64,000 nt of DNA from an uncultured Gemmatimonadaceae bacterium (lineage in GTDB: Bacteria; Gemmatimonadota; Gemmatimonadetes; Gemmatimonadales; Gemmatimonadaceae). The DNA is taken from the NCBI GenBank assembly GCA_963761305.1, contig CAVXGK010000001.1, forward strand, positions 736,001 to 800,000, in the 5' to 3' direction. The translations under genes and the position numbers were made by a program. Positions 48,869-58,283 of this stretch are shown piece after piece (within the stretch, counting starts at the first letter, position 1; each line of letters starts with the position of its first letter). Under the pieces are notes generated by a model. It saw only the letters and a program-made list of their open reading frames with translations. It had not been told where the DNA came from and did no database searches.

Positions 48869-49007
48869 AGGATTCGGGGAAAGGGCCTGAGGTGGTCGAG
48901 GACGTTGGTCGAGATCGTGCATCGACGCAAGAGCGCGCCAAGGGGGCCCCGGCTGGCCGCGCCCGGCGTCAGTCCGTAGGTTCACCGCCGAACCGAAAAG
49001 TCCCCCC

Positions 49008-51626
49008 GTGACGGCAAGTAGCGACGACGAACGTCAGGTAGACAACCTCAGCGCATACCGTGCCAAGCGGTCGCCGGACACGTCGCCCGAACCGATGGGC
49101 ACCGTGTCGCCTGTTCCCGGGCCGCCTGTTCGTCGTCCACAAGCACGCCGCGCGTCAGCTGCACTTCGATCTGCGCCTCGAGATGGACGGCGTGCTGCGA
49201 TCGTGGGCGGTGCCCAAAGGGCCCGTCGTACGACACGAACGACAAGCGCCTCGCCGTGAAGGTCGAGGATCACCCGCTCGAGTACGGCGACTTCGAGGGC
49301 GTGATTCCGGAGGGCAACTACGGCGCGGGCGGCGTGATCGTGTGGGATCGCGGCGAGTGGATTCCACTCGAGGATTGGCGCGAGGGCCTGTCGAAGGGAA
49401 AGCTCCTCTTCGAGCTGCGCGGCTACAAGCTTCACGGCAACTGGACGCTCGTGAAGATCAAGAAGAGCGAGCGCGACTGGCTCCTGATCAAGGAGCGCGA
49501 CTCGTGGACGTCAAGTCGCCGGGCGATCAGTTCGACGGAGACGTCGGTCCTCTCCGGGCTGACGGTGGACGAAGTGAAGCGCGGACGCAGCCCGGTGGCC
49601 GATCTGCGCACAGGCTGCTCGAGGCGGTGAAAGCCCCGCGCCAACGCGTCGATCCAAAGACCGTCGAAGCCGATGCTCGCCGAGCCCACCGAGCAGGCGT
49701 TCACGCGCGACGGTTGGCTGTTCGAGCTCAAGCTCGACGGCTATCGGCTCATCGCCAGCAAATCGCGCGGCAAGTCGATGCTCGCTCACGCGGAACGGCA
49801 ACGACTACACCGCGGTCTTTCCCGAAGATCGCGCGCGCCGTCGACGCGCTGCCGTTCGACGAGATCATCGTCGACGGCGAGGTCGTCGTGCCTCGACGAC
49901 GCGGGAAAGCCGAGCTTCGCGCGGCTGCAGCAACGCGGGACGCTGCACGATCCCGCTCGAGATCAAGCGCGCCGCGGTGGAGCTGCCGGCCACGTTCTTC
50001 GCGTTCGACTTTCTCGCCTTCGAGGATTTCGACCTGCGGCCGCTGCCGCTCACGGACCGCAAAGAACTGCTGCTCGCAGCCTTCCCGAAACTCGGCGCGA
50101 TGCGCCCGCTCGATCACATCGAGCGCGAGGGCGAAGCGATTCCTCGCGCAGGTCGAGCGCGATGGGGCTCGAGGGCATCATCGCGAAGCGCGCGGACGCG
50201 AACTATCGCGGCGGGCGCAGCGATCAATGGCTCAAGATCAAGGCGGAGCAAACGCGGCGACTTCGTCATCGTCGGGTTCACGAGTCCCAAAGGCAGCGCG
50301 AGCCAACTTCGGCGCGCTGCAGCTCGCCGACATGGTCGGATGGGACGCTCGTCTACGCCGGACGCGTCGGCACTGGATTCAACGACGCCTTGCTCGGCGA
50401 GCTCGGATGCGATGTTCGAGTCCGATCGATGCGCGGGAAGCGCCGGCGTGCGGACCGCCCGTCGGCCCGGACGGCGCCAAGGCCCCGGTCATTCCGGAAA
50501 CGAAGACGACTACGTGGGTCGAGCCGGTCAACGTGTGCGAGGTGCGGTTCCGCGAATGGACGCCGGACGGCGTGCTGCGGCACGCGGCGTTCCTGCAGCA
50601 TGCGCTACGACAAGGATCCGCGCGAGTGCGATCCGCCAGGGCGAGCCACGGCCCTGCACCGGAGACGCGATGCCATGCGAACCCGCGTCAGGAAAGAGGA
50701 GCCGCCCGCGCCGCGCGAAGCGCCGCCCGAGGAAAAGACCTTCACTTTTCCAACCTGAAGAAGGTGTACTGGCCGGCGGATCGTTACACCAAGGGCGATC
50801 TCATCGACTACTACCGCGCGATCTCGCCGTGGATGCTGCCGTATCTGCGCGGCCGCCCGCTGGTGATGACGCGCTTCCCCGACGGCATCGACGGCAAGTC
50901 AGTTCTATCAGAAGGACGCGCCCGAGTTCGCTCCGTCGTGGATCGAGACGATTCCGATCTGGAGCGAAGACACACAGCGCGACATTCGATACTTCGTCTG
51001 CCAACGACGTCGAGTCGCTGCTCTACGTCGCGAACCTCGGCTCGATCCCGATTCACATCTGGGCCAGCCGCGTCGGGTCCCTGGAGCAGCCGGACTGGTG
51101 CGTGATCGATCTCGATCCGAAGGAAGCACCCTTCTCCGACGTGATCAAATGCGCCGTCGTCTTCCGCGCGCTGACCGACGTCATCGGCCTGCCGAGCTAC
51201 ATCAAGACGACCGGCAAGACGGGACTGCATATCATGATTCCGCTCGGCCGGCAGCTCACGTATGCGCAGTGCCGCACGATGGGCGAGCTGTTGGCGCGCG
51301 TGGCGCTGCGCGAGCTCGATCCGATCGCGACGATCACACGCCACGTGAGCAAGCGAGGCGACAAGGTTTATCTGGATTACCTGCAGAATCGCCACGGCCA
51401 GTTGATCGTGTCGCCGTTCTGCGTCAGGCCGCTGCCGGGCGCGACGGTGTCGATGCCGCTCCTCTGGAACGAGGTCAACAAGGACCTCGACCCGAAGGAC
51501 TTCACGATCAAGAACGCGGTCGAGCGGATGGAGAGACTGGGAAGCGATCCGCTGCTGCCGGTGCTCGACGACAAGCCCGACCTGGGCAAGGTGCTCGAGA
51601 AGCTTGGCGGGATGCTCGAGCCGTAG
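49008..51626 (+). CDS. ligD: DNA ligase D (phosphoesterase-ligase-polymerase), broken by many frameshifts (sequencing error or pseudogene)
   Basis: Motifs spread over three frames: [118 protein letters not shown]. Confidence 0.9.
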
Positions 51627-51689
51627 AAGGAAATCGCCAGTCGTAGGGGCGTTTTGGTCTCGGGCGGCGCGAGCGGGATATCCAGGGGA

Positions 51690-51817
51690 ACACTGAAACA
51701 AACGGATTGAACGGAACCAAACGGATCAAGAACTAGTGGACCTGCGAAAGCGCGTTCGTTTGCAGTTCCATCAAAGCCCCAATCTGTTTTGTCAGTTCAA
51801 TCCGTTGGTGTCAGTTT
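51690..51817. repeat. Imperfect intergenic inverted repeat built of AACGGA(T) units
   Basis: Left arm ACACTGAAACAAACGGATTGAACGGAACCAAACGGAT; right arm ATCTGTTTTGTCAGTTCAATCCGTTGGTGTCAGTTT; AT-rich compared with its flanks. Confidence 0.75.
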
Positions 51818-51955
51818 CTCCCGCGGCTCTTCGCCGGGCGCGAGGCGGGTTCCCGTCGAAAAACGCCGGCCTCACTCGGCTGCGCTACGCGGCTCCTTGA
51901 CGCTCCGTGACCCGGGCACGATTGTAAGCACGGACCCCCACCAGGAGTCGTCACC

Positions 51956-53923
51956 GTGATTCGTGCTGACAGCCGCGCGTTCGCCGCGGCCGCCGCGCTC
52001 ACATTCTCGGCCGCATCATTCGTCGCCGCGCAGGGTCGCGGCGGAGGATTGCCCGACAGTGTGAAGACGCACCGCTGGGACGTCGAGCACGAGCTCGAGT
52101 CGATCGCCGTCGTGGATCGTAAAGAGATGATCCCGATGCGCGACGGCATCCGCGTCGCCGCCGACGTCTACTACCCGAAGGACGCGTCGAAGAAGTATCC
52201 GGCGATCTGGTCGCGCACGCCGTACAACTTCAACTACTGGGACGTCGCCAACGGCGTGCCGCGCGACATGACGACCGTCGTGAGCGCGATCAAGCGCGGC
52301 TACGCGTACGTGGAGATGCAGGAGCGCGGGCACTTCTTCTCCGAGGGCAACTACGACATCCTCGGCCCGCCGCTCACCGACGGCGTCGACGAAGTGAAAT
52401 GGATGACCGCACGAAAGTGGTCGAACGGCAAGATCGGCACGACCGGTTGTTCGTCGACCGCCGAGTGGCAGGGCGCGGTCGCGGCGCAGAACACCCCGGG
52501 CTTCGCGGCGATGAACGTGCAAGGCTTCGGCGCCGGTGTTGGACGCGTCGGGCCGTACTACGAGCAGGGCAACTGGTACCGGGGTGGTGCCGTCCAAATG
52601 CTGTTCATCGACTGGCTGTACGGCGAACAGAATCAGGTTCGACCGATGCTGCCGAAGAACGCCACGCAGGCCGAGCGCGTGCGCGAATCGATGTCGTTCG
52701 ATCTCGCGCAGCATCAACCGCCGGTCGATTGGTCGAAGGCGTTCTGGACGCTTCCGGAAGAGAACATCATCAGGGACGTCGACGGGCCGAAAGGCATCTT
52801 CGCCGATTCGATGCCCGTCGCCACCGGCGGCGCGATGATCAAGCGCGCGCCGAACGATCCGGCATGGTATCGCGGTGGTCTGTTCCACGACGACATGCGC
52901 ATCAACATTCCCGGCCTCTGGTTCATGTCGTGGTACGACGTGTCGGTGGGGCCGAACCTCGCGATGTACAATCTCGTGCGCAGCACGGCCAAAGGCGCCG
53001 CGGCGAATCAGCAGTGGGCGATCATCGCACCGACGGGCCACTGCGCCTACACCCGCGCGACGGACCACACCGTTGTCGGCGAGCGCGACATGGGCGACGC
53101 TCGGCTCGCGTACAACGACATCATGTTCGCGTTCTTCGACAAGTTCCTGAAAGGCGAGGGCGGGCAGATCCTCGATACGATGCCGAGGGTCCGCTACTAC
53201 ACGATGGGGCTGAACAAGTGGCAGAGCTCCGAGACCTGGCCGCCGCGCGGCGCCGAGTCGATGACGTTCTATCTGTCGAGCGGTGGAAATGCGAACACGT
53301 TGAGCGGTGATGGCGTGCTGGGGAAGACGGCGCCGGCGAGCGACAAGCCAGACAAGTTCACCTACGACCCGATGCATCCCGTGATGTCACACGGCGGCAA
53401 CGTGTGCTGCCAGGGAAACGCCGTCGGTGCTGGCGCGATGGATCAACGTGAGACGGAGGCGCGGCCCGACGTGCTCGTCTTCACGAGCGAGCCGTTCCAG
53501 CAAGGGACCGAAGTGAGCGGCCCGATCACGCCGACGCTCTACGTCGCCTCGGACGCCAAGGACACCGACTTTTCGATCAAGGTTATCGACGTGTATCCAG
53601 ACGGCACGGCGTACAATCTCGACGAGTCGATTCAGCGCATGCGCTACCGCAACGGCTACGACAAGCCGCTCGTGTGGATGGAGAACGGCAAAGTGACGAA
53701 GGTGACCTTCCAGCCGCTCAACACGAGCAACTACTTCGAGAAAGGTCACCGGCTGCGCGTCGAGATCTCGAGCAGCAACTTCCCGCGGTTCGATCGCAAC
53801 CTGAACACCGGCGGGCACAACTACGACGAAACGAAAGCCGTCGTCGCGCACAACGTCGTGCACCACTCGGCCGAGTATCCGTCGTCGGTCACGCTCACAG
53901 TGGTGCACAAGCCCCAGCCGTAG
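51956..53923 (+). CDS. CocE/NonD family hydrolase (S15-like), secreted
   Basis: RBS AGGAG; IPMRDG..., [46 protein letters not shown]. Confidence 0.92.
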   Translation: MIRADSRAFAAAAALTFSAASFVAAQGRGGGLPDSVKTHRWDVEHELESIAVVDRKEMIPMRDGIRVAADVYYPKDASKKYPAIWSRTPYNFNYWDVANGVPRDMTTVVSAIKRGYAYVEMQERGHFFSEGNYDILGPPLTDGVDEVKWMTARKWSNGKIGTTGCSSTAEWQGAVAAQNTPGFAAMNVQGFGAGVGRVGPYYEQGNWYRGGAVQMLFIDWLYGEQNQVRPMLPKNATQAERVRESMSFDLAQHQPPVDWSKAFWTLPEENIIRDVDGPKGIFADSMPVATGGAMIKRAPNDPAWYRGGLFHDDMRINIPGLWFMSWYDVSVGPNLAMYNLVRSTAKGAAANQQWAIIAPTGHCAYTRATDHTVVGERDMGDARLAYNDIMFAFFDKFLKGEGGQILDTMPRVRYYTMGLNKWQSSETWPPRGAESMTFYLSSGGNANTLSGDGVLGKTAPASDKPDKFTYDPMHPVMSHGGNVCCQGNAVGAGAMDQRETEARPDVLVFTSEPFQQGTEVSGPITPTLYVASDAKDTDFSIKVIDVYPDGTAYNLDESIQRMRYRNGYDKPLVWMENGKVTKVTFQPLNTSNYFEKGHRLRVEISSSNFPRFDRNLNTGGHNYDETKAVVAHNVVHHSAEYPSSVTLTVVHKPQP

Positions 53924-53983
53924 GACAACGCCATCGTCGATCCAACTCCGCGCGCGCGGCGAAGCGTCGAGCGTTCTTGCGGT

Positions 53984-54682
53984 CTATTTCGAGACCAGCA
54001 GGACCGCGGTCGCCGTCAGCGCGCCGTGATCGTCGCGGCGCGACACAACCACGACCTGGTCGCCGGCTGACAGCGGCTTCGACGTCGCCTTGAGCGCCGT
54101 CACCTGAGTGGTTGGCGGCACGTCGATGGTTTGCGATCCGCCGGCGTACGTCACGACGAGCGTCCCGCCGTTTGCGGTCGAGACCGTACCGTTCGACATT
54201 CGCGATGGCGTCGCCGTGCCGTTGGTCATGCGGGAATTCTGAACGCTGCCGTTCGTCATGCGGCTACCGCCGGCACCCGTGCTCGGCTCCATCATTCGGC
54301 TCCCCTCGCCGAGGCCGCGGAGCTCTTCGGGGAAGACGTGAATCTCCGTCGCCTGTTCCTTTCCGTCGGGCTCTTTGATCGACGTGACTCCGACAAAGGC
54401 GTTGTCGGTGACGTCGGTCAAGGTCCCCGCTTCGCGGTCGAACACCTTGGGCGATCCCGCTAGCGCGATCGTGACCGAGCCGGTGTCCGTCTTTACCACG
54501 AGGGTGGTTGGCGTGAACTCGGACACCGTTCCTCGCACCATCGCCGAGGCGTTTGGCGCCGACACGTCTCCGCCGGCCGCGGTCGAGTCGGATCGACCGC
54601 TCGATCGCGTGCAAGCCACGCAGCACATCGAAGCGGCGAAGAACGCAGTGTAAGATCGAGTGAAGCGCGGGTTGGCGAGCAC
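53984..54682 (-). CDS. Hypothetical lipoprotein (DUF5666-like OB-fold repeats)
   Basis: Lipobox-like CCVAC; VRGTV, EIHVFPEELRG.GEG, three (S)RM(T/S)NG(S/T) repeats. Start inferred. Confidence 0.65.
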   Translation of the reverse strand: MLANPRFTRSYTAFFAASMCCVACTRSSGRSDSTAAGGDVSAPNASAMVRGTVSEFTPTTLVVKTDTGSVTIALAGSPKVFDREAGTLTDVTDNAFVGVTSIKEPDGKEQATEIHVFPEELRGLGEGSRMMEPSTGAGGSRMTNGSVQNSRMTNGTATPSRMSNGTVSTANGGTLVVTYAGGSQTIDVPPTTQVTALKATSKPLSAGDQVVVVSRRDDHGALTATAVLLVSK

Positions 54683-54821
54683 GACAGCCCCCTGGTGACA
54701 GTGTTGATGTTGAACTGCCACCAGTTGCGCACATCTTGTGCTCGCCGTGCACGGAAAGAGGTGGATCGGTGCGAGTTGCCGCCGTGAGGGCCCTCGGCGG
54801 CAGGGCTGGAGCGGCGGGCTA

Positions 54822-55337
54822 CTACTTCACCGGCAGGACCACCCACCACGGGTAGTCCGCGCTGTGGGCCTGCGCGACCGCGGTGACCCAGACCCCCTGG
54901 TACGTGCTTCCCGCGGGTGGCGTGATCGTCACGATGTAGAGCGCGCCCGCCAGCGTCGGAAACTGGAACTGGCCGTTCGCATCCGTCGTAACCGAGGCGA
55001 CCTGGGCGCCGACGCCGAGCGTATCGCCCGCCGACGGCTGCACGTGGACGTACGCCGTGAGTCGCGCGCCGACGACGCGGGGCAGCGTCGCGAGCGTGTC
55101 GGTTCCCGGCGGGAACGGCGAGTGGCCCGTGACCGTGCCGTGGAACGATCCCGGCGTTGCGTTCGCGGGCGGAGTCGTGACTGGGCTGCTGTCGTTCGTC
55201 GCACCGGCGGAGAGCCCGGTAAGCGGCGAAGCGACCGGCCCTGTTCCGACCCCACCCATGTCGCCGCCGCACGCGATCGCGACTCCGGCCGCGGCAAACG
55301 CGCACGCGACGCCCCAACGTCTGACGCTCAAACTCAT
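54822..55337 (-). CDS. Hypothetical lipoprotein with carboxypeptidase-regulatory-like (prealbumin-fold) domain
   Basis: Lipobox VAIAC; TTDANGQFQF..L..G.Y.V.I.PP. Confidence 0.7.
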   Translation of the reverse strand: MSLSVRRWGVACAFAAAGVAIACGGDMGGVGTGPVASPLTGLSAGATNDSSPVTTPPANATPGSFHGTVTGHSPFPPGTDTLATLPRVVGARLTAYVHVQPSAGDTLGVGAQVASVTTDANGQFQFPTLAGALYIVTITPPAGSTYQGVWVTAVAQAHSADYPWWVVLPVK

Positions 55338-55507
55338 CTGATGGCTCCTGAAGGCTCGTTCTGGTAAACTGTGATTCGTCACGCTGCGTCACTCGACGTC
55401 CGTCGAGGCGGCGTTGTGTCAGCAACGCCGGTCGCGGGGGAGGACGTGTGGCGGATTCGGCGGTCCCGCGGTTAGGCCTCGCTAGGAAGACACTCAAGGA
55501 TTTGCAC

Positions 55508-56743
55508 GTGACCCTGACTCATCGAATCGCCGCGTCGCTCGCGCTCGCCGGAGCACTGACCGCGTGCTCGAATACGGACGGTCCCGGCCAGCAGGCGCCC
55601 AGCGTGAACCTGTCGGGCAGCGAGCAGCAGATCGCCACGTCGGGAAACGACTTCTCGTTCGCGCTCTTCCAGCAAATCGCAAAGACGTCCTCCGGCGCCA
55701 ACGTGTTCGTGTCGCCGCTGAGCGCCTCGATGTCGCTCGGCATGGCGATGAACGGGGCCGGTGGGTCGACCTTCGACGCCATGCGGTCGGCGCTGCGCTT
55801 GGGCACCGGCGACATGGGACACCTCGACGGAGGATACCAGGGACTCATCGGTCTCCTTCGCGGGCTCGATCCGACAACGACGTTCCAGATCGCCAACTCG
55901 GTCTGGTATCGAAACACGTTCTCGTTCAACCAGACCTTCCTCGACACGACCAAGAAGTATTTCAGCGCTCAGGTGCAGGGGCTCAACTTCGCCGACGTCC
56001 CCGGCTCACTGTCGACGATCAACGGGTGGGCGAACTCGAATACCGCCGGCAAGATCCCGACGATCCTCGACGACATCACGGCGGACGAAGTGATGTTCCT
56101 GATCAACGCGATCTACTTCAAGGGTGCGTGGCAGTATCAGTTCGACCCCAAGGCCACGTCGCCGAGCACGTTCACGGCCGCCGACGGCACGCGGCAATCC
56201 GTGCCGTTCATGAACCGCCCCGAGCACATGAAGCCGTTGTTTCGTGCCGGCTCGGCACAGGGATTGGCGATCGCCGAGCTGCCGTACGGCAACGGCGCGT
56301 TCGCGATGGACATCGTCCTCGTCCCGTTCAACCTCAAGGCGAGCATCGACTCGGTGGCGGCGCAGCTCAACGCGACGACGTGGTCGGCGCTGATCGCCAG
56401 CCTCAACGACACGGACGAAGCGTTCGCGATGCCCAAGTTCACCATGTCGTATGACCGCATGCTGAACGACGACCTCACCACGCTCGGGATGGGCGTCGCG
56501 TTCACCACTCAAGCGAACTTCTCGGGAATGTCGGCGACTCCGCTGCAGCTGTCGTTCGTGAAGCAGAAGGCGTTCGTCACGGTCGACGAGACGGGAACGA
56601 CCGCCGGCGCGTCGACGGTGACGGGAGTCGTCGCGACGGCGCTCGAGCAGATGAGCATCGACCACGCGTTCATCTTCGTCATCCGCGAACGACAGACCGG
56701 CACCATCGTTTTCATGGGGAAAATGCTCAAAATCCCCACGTGA
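55508..56743 (+). CDS. Serpin family lipoprotein
   Basis: Lipobox ALTAC; NVFVSPLS, IANSVW, INGW....T.GKI, LINAIYFKG.W, LPYG, MPKF, V.E.GT.A hinge, DH.FIF.I.E. Confidence 0.95.
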   Translation: MTLTHRIAASLALAGALTACSNTDGPGQQAPSVNLSGSEQQIATSGNDFSFALFQQIAKTSSGANVFVSPLSASMSLGMAMNGAGGSTFDAMRSALRLGTGDMGHLDGGYQGLIGLLRGLDPTTTFQIANSVWYRNTFSFNQTFLDTTKKYFSAQVQGLNFADVPGSLSTINGWANSNTAGKIPTILDDITADEVMFLINAIYFKGAWQYQFDPKATSPSTFTAADGTRQSVPFMNRPEHMKPLFRAGSAQGLAIAELPYGNGAFAMDIVLVPFNLKASIDSVAAQLNATTWSALIASLNDTDEAFAMPKFTMSYDRMLNDDLTTLGMGVAFTTQANFSGMSATPLQLSFVKQKAFVTVDETGTTAGASTVTGVVATALEQMSIDHAFIFVIRERQTGTIVFMGKMLKIPT

Positions 56744-56900
56744 AACGTGGCTACTTGAACAGGTCGAGCGATTTCTGAAAGACCTGCCAGACGCCCCACG
56801 CGAGCGGGATCCCGACCAGCGCCCACGCCGCGGCGAGTTTGAGCGCGAGCCCGCTCGACGGGTGTGGTTGTCCTGATTCGTTCGTCATCGGCTCCCCCTT

Positions 56901-58274
56901 TTACGCGACGGCGGTGTTTGCCGCCGCGTACTCGGCGGTCACGTGGCGCTCGTGGACCGGCCGGACGAGCAGATTGCAGATGAATCCGACCACGAGCAGC
57001 GCCGCCATGATGTACATCGTCGTCGTGTAGGCGCCGGCCTTGGGCACGCCGTGCGCGATCTCATATTCGCGAATGTAGTTGACGAGCACCGGCCCGGCGA
57101 CGCCGGCCGTCGACCATGCCGTGAGCAGGCGGCCGTGGATCGCGCCGACCTGGATCGTGCCGAACATGTCGCGCAGGTAAGCGGGAATAGTCGCGAACCC
57201 GCCGCCGTACATGCTAATGATCACGACGTACCCGGTGACGAACAGCGCGACGTTCCCCGCTTTTCCGATCGACGGCACGAAGGCGTACAGCGCCGCGCCG
57301 AGCAGGAAGAACGTGGCGTACACGCCCTTCCGGCCGATCATGTCCGAGAGCGACGACCAGAAGAATCGGCCGATCATGTTGGCGAGGCTGAGCAGCCCGA
57401 CGAAACCAGCCGCGGCACCGACGGAGATCGTACCCGGGAACATCTCCTGGATCATCGGCGACGCCTGGCCGAGCACACCGATGCCGGCCGTCACGTTGAG
57501 ACAAAGCACCGCCCACAAGAGCCAGAATTGCGGCGTCGTGATCGCCCGTTCGGCCGTCACGTTGCCGGTCGTCACCATCGCGCGCGGCGGCGGCGCCGTC
57601 CACCCCGCCGGCTTCCAACCGGGCCGCGGCACGCGCACGGTGAATACGCCGAACATCATGAAGCAGAAATACAGGATGCCCATCGCCACGAAGGTCGGCG
57701 CCACTCCAGGAGCGCCCGCCGTCTTGAACCGCGCCATGAGCATCGTCGACAGCGGCGAGGCGATCATCGCGCCGCCGCCGAATCCCATGATCGCCATCCC
57801 CGTCGCCATCCCCGGGCGATCCGGGAACCATTTGATGAGCGTCGTGACCGGCGAGATGTAACCGATGCCCAGGCCGATGCCGCCGATCACGCCGTAGCCG
57901 AGCAGGAGGAGCCAGAACTGGTGCGTCGCGACGCCAATCGCGCCGACCTCGAATCCGCCGCCGAAGCACAGCGCGGAGACGAACATCGCCTTGCGCGGGC
58001 CGACGCGCTCGAGCCACGAGCCGAAGAGCGCGGCGGAGAGTCCGAGGAACACGATGGCGATGCTGAACACCCATCCGATCGTGCTGAGCTTCCAGTCTTC
58101 CGGCGCCGAGTGCGTGACGCCGATCCGCTGCGACAGCGGCAGGTTGAACACGCTGAACGCGTATGCCTGGCCGATGCACAGGTGGATCGCGAGCGCCGCA
58201 GGCGGCACCAGCCAGCGCGAGTACCCTTCGCCGGCGACGGAGTGCTCGCGGTCGAGAAATGAGAAGAGACTCAT
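56901..58274 (-). CDS. OFA-family MFS transporter (oxalate/formate antiporter-like)
   Basis: HLCIGQAYAFSVF, GIGYISPV.TLIKWFPDR.G.ATG, GRFFWSSLSD.IGRK, YGGGFAT.PAY..D.FG. Confidence 0.92.
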   Translation of the reverse strand: MSLFSFLDREHSVAGEGYSRWLVPPAALAIHLCIGQAYAFSVFNLPLSQRIGVTHSAPEDWKLSTIGWVFSIAIVFLGLSAALFGSWLERVGPRKAMFVSALCFGGGFEVGAIGVATHQFWLLLLGYGVIGGIGLGIGYISPVTTLIKWFPDRPGMATGMAIMGFGGGAMIASPLSTMLMARFKTAGAPGVAPTFVAMGILYFCFMMFGVFTVRVPRPGWKPAGWTAPPPRAMVTTGNVTAERAITTPQFWLLWAVLCLNVTAGIGVLGQASPMIQEMFPGTISVGAAAGFVGLLSLANMIGRFFWSSLSDMIGRKGVYATFFLLGAALYAFVPSIGKAGNVALFVTGYVVIISMYGGGFATIPAYLRDMFGTIQVGAIHGRLLTAWSTAGVAGPVLVNYIREYEIAHGVPKAGAYTTTMYIMAALLVVGFICNLLVRPVHERHVTAEYAAANTAVA

Positions 58275-58283
58275 ACGGGTGCC

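Noticed and set aside
47312..48985. 557-aa ORF that looks like a Ku-DUF72 fusion
   Set aside because: The true Ku C-terminus (IIDLMEALKQSL) is in another frame and DUF72 has its own ATG overlapping the Ku stop. One extra base near 48220 creates the apparent fusion.
56731..56750. parS-like CACGTGAAAC
   Set aside because: Only one half matches the 16-bp palindrome and it overlaps the serpin stop codon.
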